Below, in pieces: positions 1 to 9,704 of a stretch of 64,000 nt of DNA. The DNA lies in the NCBI GenBank assembly GCA_041920275.1, contig JAYRSE010000007.1, positions 20,517 through 84,516 on the forward strand, in the 5' to 3' direction. Positions within the stretch are counted from its first letter, which is position 1. Every line of letters starts with the position of its first letter. The notes below the pieces were generated by a model, which was not told the origin of the DNA, ran no database searches, and saw only the letters and a program-made list of their open reading frames with translations. Made by a program: the position numbers and the translations under genes. This DNA is from Minisyncoccota bacterium. GTDB taxonomy: Bacteria > Patescibacteriota > Minisyncoccia > Phycocordibacterales > UBA12088.

Positions 1-260
1 TGGTCGAGCGCCTGCTCTTCCGCCGGGGATGGAAAACCGGCCTCGACATAACCCACGAGCGGCACTTCGTCACCGAGCGTAAGTGGGAGCAGCTTACCCT
101 TTCCGTCCTTACGTATGACACCCGCTTCCACCAATTTGTCGACCACCTTGGCGACCGCGTTCTTCGAAGCGAAACCGAACAGCTCGCACATCTCACTGTA
201 GCCGGGCATGCGATGGTGCATGCGGTAGTAGTGCTGTAATTTTTGTTTATATTCTTCCAT
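1..260 (-). CDS. lexA: LexA repressor, N-terminal wHTH domain and hinge (partial; the C-terminal peptidase part lies beyond the window start)
   Basis: Reverse-complement translation of 1-260 gives MEEYKQKLQHYYRMHHRMPGYSEMCELFGFASKNAVAKVVDKLVEAGVIRKDGKGKLLPLTLGDEVPLVGYVEAGFPSPAEEQALD. This matches the LexA N-domain pattern (MPG.s..E...fGF.S.NA....L..L...G.I) followed by the VEAG hinge before the S24 peptidase domain. ATG is at 258-260 (alternative ATG at 220-222). Confidence 0.6.
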   Translation of the reverse strand, partial: MEEYKQKLQHYYRMHHRMPGYSEMCELFGFASKNAVAKVVDKLVEAGVIRKDGKGKLLPLTLGDEVPLVGYVEAGFPSPAEEQALD

Positions 261-404
261 GGTGAACATATGATCCGATACATCTTATGGTATGAGCGAG
301 TCCTTGCCTGTCGAGTGGTTGCCGCTCATCGGCGTGCGGTCCGAAAGATCGTCTCGACCTATGCGGTATTCATTCGAAGTATATGGTTATTGTTTTCATG
401 CGCT

Positions 405-674
405 CTAGGCTATCCCCATTCTGAATATCCTCGCCACCGCTCCACCCGCCAAACTGCGACGCGCGGGGCTTTTCGGGATACGTCGTGCCGGTCGACGAGT
501 GGCGCTCGCATCATTGTCCGCGTCGGCCGTGATGCGCGCAAGTGTGGCGAGAAGTTCCCTGTGTCGGCGCGCCTCGTCACGGAACGACTGACCTTTGATG
601 ATCTTGCGGTCGATGCGATCGTTCAAACGTGCGAGCTCGCGTTGTATCTCTTTTCCAAGGGTGTTCTTGCTCAT
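405..674 (-). CDS. hypothetical small charged protein (start MSKNTLGKEIQRELARLNDRI...)
   Basis: ORF on the same strand as lexA and upstream of it. Plausible coiled-coil-like N-terminus, but the tail is R/A-rich and no family was recognised. Confidence 0.25.
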   Translation of the reverse strand: MSKNTLGKEIQRELARLNDRIDRKIIKGQSFRDEARRHRELLATLARITADADNDASATRRPARRIPKSPARRSLAGGAVARIFRMGIA

Positions 675-956
675 AGGCCGAAGTGTTAGCTGATATGCAT
701 GCAGTATAGGTGAACGGACGTTCACCTGCAAGCGCACAGCATGTGGAATACGTACTTTCAAATGACATACTCGACTCTGTCAAGTCGAGATGCGGCGAAA
801 CATACCAAACGACATCCAAGTTCTCCGATGCTGAACAAACCGATGCACCCGTCGAGTAACAGAAATCGGCCAAGCACCACGAAGTATTCTTTTGGAAAGG
901 TCCGACAATGCATCGAACTGTTATGTAGATACGGTATCACCTGCCCGAGCGCACAA

Positions 957-2741
957 TCATTCCTCCGTACGATCGGCAATAAACCCGCCGACCTGGCTGT
1001 GCCAGAACTCGGCGTAGATCCCGTTTCGCGCGATCAATTCCTTGTGCGAGCCCATCTCGACCACCCCGCCGTTCTCGAGCACAATGATCCTGTCCATGTG
1101 TCGGATGGTTGAAAGTCGGTGCGCGATCACTATCGTGGTGCGTCCTTGCATGAGCGCATCGAACGCGCTCTGGATATGTCGCTCTGACACGGAATCGAGC
1201 GATGATGTCGCCTCATCCAGTATGACGATCGGGGCATCCTTGAGGAGTGCGCGCGCGATCGCAATGCGCTGGCGCTCTCCACCGGAAAGCTTCACGCCGC
1301 GTTCCCCCACGAGCGTGTCGTACCCCTCTCGATTCCTCATGATGAACTCATGCGCATGAGCACGTCGCGCAGCCTCTTCCACCTCCTCCCGCTTCGCACC
1401 TTCCTTTCCGTACGCGATGTTCTCGAAAAAGGTGCGATGAAAGAGACCGGGCTCCTGTGGCACATAGGCGATCCTGCGACGAAGCTCATCCTGTCGCACC
1501 TTGGTGATGTCCTGCCCGTCGATACGAATGCTCCCGCTCTCCACATCGAGAAAGCGCAGCAAAAGTTTTACAATGGTCGACTTCCCCGCTCCGGAATGCC
1601 CCACGAAGGCCACCTTTTCGCCGGGTTGTATGTCGAGCGAAAGATCCTCGAACACGTACCGGCCGTTATCGTACCCGTGCCTCACGTTCGAGAACACGAT
1701 GTGTCCCTTCGAAACGCGCACCTGCTCCGGCTCGAGCGGATCCAGCACCTCGACCGGCGTGTCGAGGAGTTCCACCATCTCGTTCGCGTCGGTGAGCGCC
1801 CGGCTTATGTTAAGCACGTTGCGACTGATCTGCCACACAATATTGAAGCTACGCAACACATACAGGACCACGAGCGTCATGAGTCCCGCACTTGCCGACC
1901 CCCGCATCCACAGCACCGCGACACCCGCGATGATCGCGATCTCGAACGCATTGATGGTGACACCTTGGAACGCACTGTTCCAAAAGCCGTTCTGCATCCA
2001 CGCGCGACGCGCGGTGGTGAGCTGGTACGCGGTCGTTTCCTCGAAACTCGCCCGCTCCCGCGAAGAAGCACCGAACATCTTTACGGTCAAAATGTTCGCA
2101 AGGATGTCGGAAAGGTGTGCGGTCACCTTCGAATCCGCCTCGGCGTTCTCGAGTGACTTCGGTATCGTCCAACGCACCATGCCGTACACCAGCCCCCCAT
2201 AGAAAAACAACCACATGAGAAAGAACACCCCTAACTGCCACGAATGGTACCAGAGCACCGCGACCGCACTGAGAAGCGCGAGCCCTTGCATCCACAGCTG
2301 AAATACGATCTGATCGTGCAGCTCCTCGAACGCACGCACGAAACGCTTCACCTTGGCGACGAGACCGCCCGTGAATGTGTCGCTGTAGAAACGGTAGGAC
2401 TTCCCAATGAGTCCGGAAAGCGCGTAGTCGGCAAGGTGCTTCAATGCATCGCATTGCATAGTAATGATGCAGTAATCGCCGATGCGGTAGAATACGTTGT
2501 AGATCACAACGGCGCCAACCAGGTACCAAAGCATAAGCACAAGCAAGCGCGGCGCATCACTACCGCCGGTCGCTATGATATCCACCATCTCTTTGTACAA
2601 GAGTGGTACCACTATGGCACTCACAAGCGAACCCAGACCATAGGAAAAGAATATCAGCACCTGCTTGACCGGATACATTCGCACGAACGGCCAGTAGTGC
2701 TTGAGTATGGAACACCAGTGAAGTTTTTCATTCTTTTTCAT
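957..2741 (-). CDS. ABC transporter, fused permease and ATP-binding protein (MsbA-like exporter)
   Basis: Six-TM N-terminal half. Walker A GHSGAGKST, ABC signature LSGGERQRIAIARALL, Walker B IVILDEATSSLD. Start chosen at MKKNEKL. Confidence 0.85.
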   Translation of the reverse strand: MKKNEKLHWCSILKHYWPFVRMYPVKQVLIFFSYGLGSLVSAIVVPLLYKEMVDIIATGGSDAPRLLVLMLWYLVGAVVIYNVFYRIGDYCIITMQCDALKHLADYALSGLIGKSYRFYSDTFTGGLVAKVKRFVRAFEELHDQIVFQLWMQGLALLSAVAVLWYHSWQLGVFFLMWLFFYGGLVYGMVRWTIPKSLENAEADSKVTAHLSDILANILTVKMFGASSRERASFEETTAYQLTTARRAWMQNGFWNSAFQGVTINAFEIAIIAGVAVLWMRGSASAGLMTLVVLYVLRSFNIVWQISRNVLNISRALTDANEMVELLDTPVEVLDPLEPEQVRVSKGHIVFSNVRHGYDNGRYVFEDLSLDIQPGEKVAFVGHSGAGKSTIVKLLLRFLDVESGSIRIDGQDITKVRQDELRRRIAYVPQEPGLFHRTFFENIAYGKEGAKREEVEEAARRAHAHEFIMRNREGYDTLVGERGVKLSGGERQRIAIARALLKDAPIVILDEATSSLDSVSERHIQSAFDALMQGRTTIVIAHRLSTIRHMDRIIVLENGGVVEMGSHKELIARNGIYAEFWHSQVGGFIADRTEE

Positions 2742-2952
2742 GATGTATGCTAAACGGGTGCTCCGGATACCCGACAATATGCAAACCGCGCGATGACATG
2801 GCCGAGTCAAAGATCCGATGGAGCCACTCTACCGAATCAAACGGCAGACCGTTTGTGGGTCATACTGTTTAGGGTATACTCTCGGTACACTTGAAGGAAC
2901 TTCGGTGCATGGTCGCGCCATCCACACACCTTATATTATCTATTTACGACGT

Positions 2953-3525
2953 ATGAAAACACGCATTCTTTCCCTCTTGCTCGCGGTATCGCTCGGAACG
3001 AACGCATACCTCATTGCACGACTTCAACATACTACTGCAGACGTTTCCCCGGACACATCGCAAGAAACCCCGGCAAAAGAAGAATCGACACCGTATGCAA
3101 GCGGAGGCACCTACCCGTTCATTCGCGTGGTCGATGGCGACACGGTCATCGTGGGGATCGCGGGACGAAGCGAGTATGTACGCCTGATCGGGATCGACTC
3201 CCCCGAACCGAACGACCCTGACGGGCCCGAGTGCTACGCCACGGAAGCGACCGAGCACATGAAGGAACTTGCCCATACCGGTACGGTAGTGCTTCGCTTC
3301 GAACCTGCACAAGGATACCGCGACACCTACGGTCGCTTACTCGCGTACGTGGAGCTTACGGACGGTACCGACCTTGGTGAGCGCATGCTTGGCGACGGGT
3401 ACGCCCGAGAGTTCACCTACGGGCAAGGCCACGCGCGACGTGAGCAATACCTTGCGGCGGAGAACGACGCACGCACCAACGCGCGCGGTCTGTGGGCACC
3501 GGAAACCTGCTCCTCGACGGAATGA
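2953..3525 (+). CDS. secreted thermonuclease (SNase-like nuclease)
   Basis: Signal-peptide-like start MKTRILSLLLAVSLG. SNase core FIRVVDGDTVIVGIAGRSEYVRLIGIDSPEP ... YGRLLAYVEL. Confidence 0.75.
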   Translation: MKTRILSLLLAVSLGTNAYLIARLQHTTADVSPDTSQETPAKEESTPYASGGTYPFIRVVDGDTVIVGIAGRSEYVRLIGIDSPEPNDPDGPECYATEATEHMKELAHTGTVVLRFEPAQGYRDTYGRLLAYVELTDGTDLGERMLGDGYAREFTYGQGHARREQYLAAENDARTNARGLWAPETCSSTE

Positions 3526-3551
3526 TCGCGATCGAAGGATGCTCGATCCGC

Positions 3552-4031
3552 CTATCGATCGAGTGGACACAACGCTCGCACCGTGGCGAGCACTTCCTGC
3601 GGATGTCCCACCGGAGTGACCTTCTCCCACACCTCCGCCACCTTACCCTGCGGATCGACGAGGAACGTACTTCGCGAGGTACCCATGTACGTGCGCCCCA
3701 TGAATGTCCGCTCACCCCAAGTGCCGAACGCTTCCATGAGAACATGCTCGGTATCGGCGACCAATGTGAACACGAGCTTCTTCTTTTCGATAAACTTTCG
3801 ATGCGACGCACACGTGTCTTTACTCACCCCCAACACACGCACCCCGAGCTCTTTGAATGCGCTCGCATGATCGCGAAACCCTTCGGCCTCAAGCGTACAA
3901 CCGGGAGTATCGTCCTTTGGATAAAAGTACACCACCGCCCACGAACCGAGCAATTCGCGCAAGGTAAACCGCGCACCGTTCTCATCAACGAGCGCAACAT
4001 CGAGCGGCACAGTATCACCCTTCTGCAACAT
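3552..4031 (-). CDS. bcp: peroxiredoxin Bcp (AhpC/TSA family thiol peroxidase)
   Basis: VVYFYPKDDTPGCT active-site motif. Length 159 aa. Confidence 0.85.
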   Translation of the reverse strand: MLQKGDTVPLDVALVDENGARFTLRELLGSWAVVYFYPKDDTPGCTLEAEGFRDHASAFKELGVRVLGVSKDTCASHRKFIEKKKLVFTLVADTEHVLMEAFGTWGERTFMGRTYMGTSRSTFLVDPQGKVAEVWEKVTPVGHPQEVLATVRALCPLDR

Positions 4032-4103
4032 ACACCCATGCTACCACGGATCGACAACGCACGGAACACCGGGCATGTGCGCCCCGTAAAGTGCATTCCG
4101 GTA

Positions 4104-4946
4104 TCACTCGTCCGCATCAACAACGCCGATACGGTCGTCTTCGACCTCGATGTATCCGGTCGCCGCACTTTCGACGCATTCGCGAACAAGGTAGTTCGTC
4201 TTTGAGAGTGCGTCGTAGGTCATGCGATAGTACTCTCTGGACAATCGCGCGAGCGCGAGCGCCATGGATTCGGTCTCGTATGGATTGTCGGAGAGTTGCG
4301 GCAAGCGATCGATCGGGTTCGTCACAAAAAGCGTACTTGCGGATGTAAAGGACGCACCATACTCGGTCGAAACATTATGCGCGACCACAAGCCCCGTTTC
4401 GACATCGACAAGTGCATATCGCTTACAATTCGTACCGCACGCAAGTTCGGCTACTGCGAAACGCCCTGCAAAATTCACCCCCTCTCGCAGTGCCCGCTCG
4501 AGCGCAGGTGCGTTTTCTTTCGCCTCCGGAAAAAGTGCGAGGTCCAACTTCGAAGCCGGCACCCCTTCGTATGGAATGATCGTCGCGTCGGTACCGGTCG
4601 CCTTTCGGCCCTCGGTACGCTCCAAGACCGCTTCACAGGTGAGCGCTTTCGAACGGACAGGGTGTATCTCGGAGGGCTTTTTGCTCACCCCACCGATCTC
4701 TTTCACATCACCCCACATCCATAGCACAAAATCACCTGCACAGGTGTGAACCAGCCGCCCCATTGGGTACCAACTCACCGTAAGGCCATCGTACACTTGC
4801 TTTCCCTCGGCATCGTAGCACGTGGCGGGAAGCGGACCGAACGCGACCAGTGTCGTTTCGACCGCACGTCGCACCCCGCCGTCATCCATCCACGGCGCCC
4901 ATACCACACATGCGAAACACACAAGGACGATGAGACTGCGTAGCAT
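4104..4946 (-). CDS. hypothetical secreted protein
   Basis: N-terminal hydrophobic segment MLRSLIVLVCFACVVWAPW. No family recognised. Confidence 0.45.
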   Translation of the reverse strand: MLRSLIVLVCFACVVWAPWMDDGGVRRAVETTLVAFGPLPATCYDAEGKQVYDGLTVSWYPMGRLVHTCAGDFVLWMWGDVKEIGGVSKKPSEIHPVRSKALTCEAVLERTEGRKATGTDATIIPYEGVPASKLDLALFPEAKENAPALERALREGVNFAGRFAVAELACGTNCKRYALVDVETGLVVAHNVSTEYGASFTSASTLFVTNPIDRLPQLSDNPYETESMALALARLSREYYRMTYDALSKTNYLVRECVESAATGYIEVEDDRIGVVDADE

Positions 4947-5053
4947 ACGAGGTTACAGTATACCACCCGAACACAGCGTGCCGCGAATGCACGGGATGCG
5001 AGTCGGCGCGCAAAGCTCGCGACCCTTTACCGAGGACCAAGGGCACACCTTGC

Positions 5054-5977
5054 TCAGAACAAGGCACCGAGGCCGCTTTCGTACGCATCACAGAGCACCA
5101 CCTCGTCCCCGCCCTTTCCAACCTTTTTGCCCACCCACACAAGCGCCTCATCGAACCCGCCGAGCGCGTCGACAAGCCTGAGCCGAAGCGCTTCGGTGCC
5201 TACATACGCACGACCGTCGGCAAGCGCCGCAACCTCTTCACGCGTGAGCACGGGACGCGCTTGTGCGATACGATCCACCATGTACTCGTGCACGCTTTCA
5301 ACCTGCATCTTGAAGAAGTCGCGTTCCTCGTTCCGCAACGAACGTTCGGGGTGCCCCGCGTCTTTGTATGCCCCGCTCGAAAGGTCAACCCATCGCGACC
5401 CTTCTATGTCGCTCGAACTCGCGACCTCGAGGTACGACATGGTGACACCGATCGAACCGACATCGGACACAGGCGATGCGATGATGTGGTCGGCACCTGC
5501 CGCGACCCAGTATGCGGCACTTGCACCCATCTCGCGCACGACCGCAACGACCGGCTTGTTCGCCTTGAGAAGCGCTTCGAGCATCTCGTCGGCGGCGACC
5601 GGCGTACCGCCGGGCGAATCGATCTCTACAAGTATGGCGTCGATTTCGGGATCTTCCTCGGCCCATCGCACGCTCGCCACGAAGTCGTCCGCGCTCGAGA
5701 TCATGCCGTACTCAAGTAAAGGGCCGATACCGGAGTCGGTCGTCGTAACAATGCCGGTGAGCGGCACCCGTGCGACCGTGCAGTACGCATCCTCGTCGCC
5801 AAAAACGCTGACCACGACAAGGAACAGGAACACGGTCACACACCAGAACAGAAACGCCGGCACCCCTACGAAAAGCGCGATACTCGCTGTGACGACCTTC
5901 GACACCCATCCATGGTGACCGCGCAAGACGGATGCATGAACCGAACGCGTTTCCATATATGATGGTGTTTCATCCAT
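5054..5977 (-). CDS. sppA: signal peptide peptidase SppA (36K type)
   Basis: DAILVEIDSPGGTPVAADEM ... ASAAYWVAAGADHIIASPVSDVGSIGV, a ClpP/crotonase-fold serine peptidase. N-terminal TM. Start approximate (METRSV or MDETPS). Confidence 0.75.
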   Translation of the reverse strand: MDETPSYMETRSVHASVLRGHHGWVSKVVTASIALFVGVPAFLFWCVTVFLFLVVVSVFGDEDAYCTVARVPLTGIVTTTDSGIGPLLEYGMISSADDFVASVRWAEEDPEIDAILVEIDSPGGTPVAADEMLEALLKANKPVVAVVREMGASAAYWVAAGADHIIASPVSDVGSIGVTMSYLEVASSSDIEGSRWVDLSSGAYKDAGHPERSLRNEERDFFKMQVESVHEYMVDRIAQARPVLTREEVAALADGRAYVGTEALRLRLVDALGGFDEALVWVGKKVGKGGDEVVLCDAYESGLGALF

Positions 5978-6085
5978 GTCGTGGTAGTATAGCACCTGCC
6001 AAGCGGCACGTACGAGCATGTATCCACATCGGGTGCGAGCGTGCCGCAAATAAATTTTATTTACGATCGATTAAACACGCCCACT

Positions 6086-7513
6086 ATGCGCAACCCCGTC
6101 TCGTATCGTTCAAAAACAAAGATAGTCGCCACACTCGGTCCTCGCTCCGCAAGCAAAGAGGTCATCATGGACATGCTCGACGCCGGCATGACCGTTGCGC
6201 GCTTCAACATGAGCCACGGCAGCCATGCGGAGCATGCGGAACTCATGCGCACCGCTCGCCTCGCCGCCAAAGCGGCGAAACGACCGCTCGCGATCCTGCA
6301 AGACCTCTCGGGCCCCAAGATCCGCATCGGCGACTTCGAGACCGAGACGGTCACCCTTGAAGAAGGTGCCGAGCTGACGCTCACCACCGTACCCTGCACC
6401 GGCACTCAAACACAAGTATTCGTGAACTACAAAAAACTGCCACAGGAAGTGCGTGCGGGTATGACCGTGTTCCTGAACGACGGCAAGATCATGCTCAAGG
6501 TAACCGAAGTGACCGACACCGACATACGCACGATCGTTCAGAACGGGGGCGAGATCCGCGGCAGGCGCGGCGTGAATGTGCCGGACGGCGACCTTTCGAT
6601 CGCATCACTTACCGCCAAGGACCGTAAGGACCTTATGTTCGGCCTCGAGCAAGGAGTCGACTTCGTCACCCTTTCGTTCGTCCGGAGCGCAAAAGATGTG
6701 CGTGACCTTCGCAAATTGATCGGTTCCGAACATGCGGTGACCATCGTGGCGAAGATCGAGACGAAGAATGCGATCGACAACATAGACGAGATCATTGAAG
6801 CGGCGGACGCGATCATGGTCGCTCGCGGCGATCTTGCGATCGAAGTGCCCGCGGCACGCGTGCCGCTACTCCAGAAGCGCATCATCCGCAAAGCGAACCA
6901 TGCAGGCAAACCCGTCATCACCGCGACCCAGATGCTCGACTCGATGCGCGTCGCTCCGGTGCCCACCCGCGCCGAAGTGAACGATGTTGCGAACGCGATA
7001 CTCGACGGTACCGATGCGGTCATGCTATCCGACGAGTCCGCCATGGGCGAGCATCCTGCACGCGCGGTGCGCACCATGTCGCGCATCGCGCACGAAACGG
7101 AGAACGACCCGCTCTTTGCTGAACGTGCGAACTCATGGGACTTTCCGCCGCGCACCACGTGCGATGCGGTGAGTCGAGCGATCGTGCAGGCAATACCGGT
7201 CGTGGGAGCGCGCGCAGTGGTCGCCTTCAGCGAAAGCGGCCACACCGGCAGAATGGTCGCTCGTTATCGTCCGCTTGTTCCTGTTCTGGTGCTCACACCC
7301 CATCAAAAGACCTACAACCGCAGCCTCGTGACCTACGCCTGCGAACCGGTCTTGGTGCGTCCAGCGAAACAGCTTTCCGACGCTCAGACCATGGCACGTA
7401 AAGCGCTTCTCTCTCGCTCGCTCGCGAACGAGGGTGATGTGTACATTCTCGGTGCGGGTATACCGTTCGGTGCACCGGGCGCTACAAACCTGATGCTGGT
7501 CGAAAAGGTGTAG
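6086..7513 (+). CDS. pyk: pyruvate kinase
   Basis: KIVATLGPRS ... ARFNMSHGSH ... MVARGDLAIE motifs. Start at MRNPVSYRSKTKIV. Confidence 0.9.
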   Translation: MRNPVSYRSKTKIVATLGPRSASKEVIMDMLDAGMTVARFNMSHGSHAEHAELMRTARLAAKAAKRPLAILQDLSGPKIRIGDFETETVTLEEGAELTLTTVPCTGTQTQVFVNYKKLPQEVRAGMTVFLNDGKIMLKVTEVTDTDIRTIVQNGGEIRGRRGVNVPDGDLSIASLTAKDRKDLMFGLEQGVDFVTLSFVRSAKDVRDLRKLIGSEHAVTIVAKIETKNAIDNIDEIIEAADAIMVARGDLAIEVPAARVPLLQKRIIRKANHAGKPVITATQMLDSMRVAPVPTRAEVNDVANAILDGTDAVMLSDESAMGEHPARAVRTMSRIAHETENDPLFAERANSWDFPPRTTCDAVSRAIVQAIPVVGARAVVAFSESGHTGRMVARYRPLVPVLVLTPHQKTYNRSLVTYACEPVLVRPAKQLSDAQTMARKALLSRSLANEGDVYILGAGIPFGAPGATNLMLVEKV

Positions 7514-8570
7514 TGTAGAGCGTGCGTGCACGCTCCCACATACTCGAGTCGCCTTGCGTCTCCTTGAGCCAGTACCACCACTCCGCCCCCCACAGGTACT
7601 GCGTGTCGAAGCGGGTGTGTCGCGCATAGCTGAGTATCTCTTCGAACATCGATACGTTCATACGCTCGAGCTGAAGCGCAAGCGGTGCGTCGCGCAAGGA
7701 CCTGTCGAGCCACGGCTCGGCCGAAAGCTCGATGAGCACCGACTCCTTCTCACCATATAAGAGACGCATGAGCGCGCGCTTAAGCACGTATGTTTGTGCC
7801 GGAAGTATGCTTTTGATCGGACCCGTCACTTCGTTCCACAGATAGAGATATACACTCGTTCCGAACTTATCCCCGCTCCGGTACGCGCCGTGCCAAAGGC
7901 CCAAGTTGCCACTGTCAGTGACGAGTATCTTCCGCGACGGGTCGAGCTCGCGCACAAGTGCCACTTCGCGCGCGAGGAACGTACGGTCGAGCTCCCCGCA
8001 ATGCTCATACGCAAAGACGGTAAGGTACGGTTCGTTCTCCACTTGCCACTCCTCGACCGCCGGATGGCCCTTGTACCGTGACACCACCGTCTCGAGGTAT
8101 GCGAGAATGCGCGCTTGTTGCTCTTCCTTGGTGAGACCTTTCGCCCACTCCGGCACGTGACATTCAGGCCATCGCGGGAGGCGCCTACCGACCGCAAGCA
8201 CGACCGTGGCTCCGCGCTCCTGCGCCATGTCGAGCTGCGTATCAAGCTCGGCAAAGTTCCATACATCAGCTTCCGGCTCCACCATCGGCCAGTGCGCCGC
8301 AAGGCGAAGACGACGCACTTTGAGATCATCCAAGATCGCGGTATATACGGCTTGCCAGTCGAGCCCGAGCTCGCGTGCATAGGGGGTATTGAAGGAAACG
8401 CCATAGGTGACCGTTTCCGGCATGGGAACCGCGAAGTGCGCGTATGTTCCGAACACGACCGCAAGCGTAAGTCCTAAGAGCGCTACGAAAAAGGACCACC
8501 GAATGACCGCACGGAGCGCACGCCGCCATCTCCCGTTCTCGCGAGGCGAACGTGCGGCCGTGTTCATAGA
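7482..8570 (-). CDS. membrane-anchored glycoside hydrolase, clan GH-A TIM-barrel type (GH5/GH113-like)
   Basis: N-terminal TM (WSFFVALLGLTLAVVFG). WQVENEPY acid/base-type NEP motif. AEWWYWL aromatic C-terminus. Family assignment tentative. Confidence 0.5.
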   Translation of the reverse strand, partial: SMNTAARSPRENGRWRRALRAVIRWSFFVALLGLTLAVVFGTYAHFAVPMPETVTYGVSFNTPYARELGLDWQAVYTAILDDLKVRRLRLAAHWPMVEPEADVWNFAELDTQLDMAQERGATVVLAVGRRLPRWPECHVPEWAKGLTKEEQQARILAYLETVVSRYKGHPAVEEWQVENEPYLTVFAYEHCGELDRTFLAREVALVRELDPSRKILVTDSGNLGLWHGAYRSGDKFGTSVYLYLWNEVTGPIKSILPAQTYVLKRALMRLLYGEKESVLIELSAEPWLDRSLRDAPLALQLERMNVSMFEEILSYARHTRFDTQYLWGAEWWYWLKETQGDSSMWERARTLYTTPFRPASGL

Positions 8571-9499
8571 AACATGAGAAAAAGACCGAGCGCGATAAAT
8601 GGAATGGAGATCGCTTTGTGTACGATCTCTTCCACGGAAAGGTTCTCGCCCGCGTCTTTCGAAAGAGCCCTGCCGCAACACACGCTCACACCGAGCAGAA
8701 AGAGGTACTGCACACCCCCGAGTGCCTGCACGAGTGCCACATCTCCATGCTCGATCGCCTTGAGGATGATCAAGCTTGCAAGGCCCGCGAGAAGCTTGTT
8801 ACCAACGACAAAAAACCCATCGCGCATGCTCGCACGTTTGGTGTGTCCGATAATGTTCTCGTAGTACTCCGGAACGAGGAGCATTGACAGTGCAACCCCC
8901 ACGATCGCAAGGCGAGACCAGAAGAATGCGGTGTCAAAGTTGGTGGCATCAAAGAGCGCCTTGATCGCGATGTGGTGGATGCCGTACATGAGACCGGCAT
9001 GAGTTGCGGAAAGCATCGTATGCTTGGTGAAGCGGAAACGAGAGACGATGATCGTGCCGACGACGAGCAAACCGAAGCCGAGCAAGAAATTGCCCGAAAG
9101 CATTCCGTCCAAAAAGAAGTACGAGAGCAGCAGGGTGAAAAAGGCGTTCAAACCACCCACGACCGGCGCCACATCGGACGCGTCGCTCTTTTGCAGTGCG
9201 TGAAAAAATGACACGAGCGCCGTGAAGAAGGAGTAACCGGCCGTGATGGACAGCGCGAACACGAGGAGTGATGGCGCTTCGACATTACTGAACGAAGGAA
9301 TGGACAGGCCGTCGATCGGGACTTTGAGCCAGCTGAAGAAAAAGACAACGATGGAACCAGAGGACAAGATGCTGATCCAGAACGAGTACGAGAGCGGGCG
9401 CAGTGCGACCGTATTGCTCGTGATCACGTACTTATCCACAAGCGCCACGAGCGCCAAAAGCAGTTGTCCCGCGATCGCGAGTCCGAGCCAGAGGTCCAT
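8564..9499 (-). CDS. multi-pass membrane protein (about 10 TM), function unknown
   Basis: Hydrophobic segments throughout. The ORF-track N-terminus MTSIISLLWRRGWLGYNTR is translated from the REP repeat, so the start was moved to MDLWLGLAIAG. Confidence 0.5.
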   Translation of the reverse strand: MDLWLGLAIAGQLLLALVALVDKYVITSNTVALRPLSYSFWISILSSGSIVVFFFSWLKVPIDGLSIPSFSNVEAPSLLVFALSITAGYSFFTALVSFFHALQKSDASDVAPVVGGLNAFFTLLLSYFFLDGMLSGNFLLGFGLLVVGTIIVSRFRFTKHTMLSATHAGLMYGIHHIAIKALFDATNFDTAFFWSRLAIVGVALSMLLVPEYYENIIGHTKRASMRDGFFVVGNKLLAGLASLIILKAIEHGDVALVQALGGVQYLFLLGVSVCCGRALSKDAGENLSVEEIVHKAISIPFIALGLFLMFL

Positions 9500-9542
9500 G
9501 CGAGTATTGTACCCGAGCCACCCCCTCCTCCACAAAAGACTG

Positions 9543-9567
9543 ATGATTGAAGTCAACCTCCAATCAT
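9543..9567 (+). repeat. REP-like 25-nt hairpin ATGATTGAAGTCAACCTCCAATCAT, copy 1
   Basis: Identical 25-mer also at 47344 (same orientation) and as its reverse complement at 9901 and 10426. The stem ATGATTG/CAATCAT is imperfect. Confidence 0.8.
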
Positions 9568-9704
9568 TTTTTATACACCTCCCCTGCTTGACTTAGGATA
9601 CTACGTTAATCAACATAATATAGAGTGACTGATTTCCTAGTAGTTGAATAATTTAATTGCGTTGCATAGTTCTGACCGAGTGCTCACTTAAAAACAAAGA
9701 ATAT

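Noticed and set aside
243-689. 148-aa plus-strand ORF with TTG start
   Set aside because: Arg-rich, no recognisable domain. Overlaps the divergent lexA upstream region. Likely non-coding.
1350-2202. Long plus-strand ORFs (1350-2156, 1501-2202) antisense to the ABC transporter. Similar antisense ORFs at 10430-11641, 13538-14707, 14801-15808, 17087-18715, 19353-20471, 31101-32816, 45534-46751, 48480-50141, 54515-55240 and 60834-61523.
   Set aside because: Each overlaps a gene with unambiguous family motifs on the other strand. Their translations are R/A/P/S/H-rich low-complexity typical of shadow ORFs in high-GC DNA. No motifs recognised.
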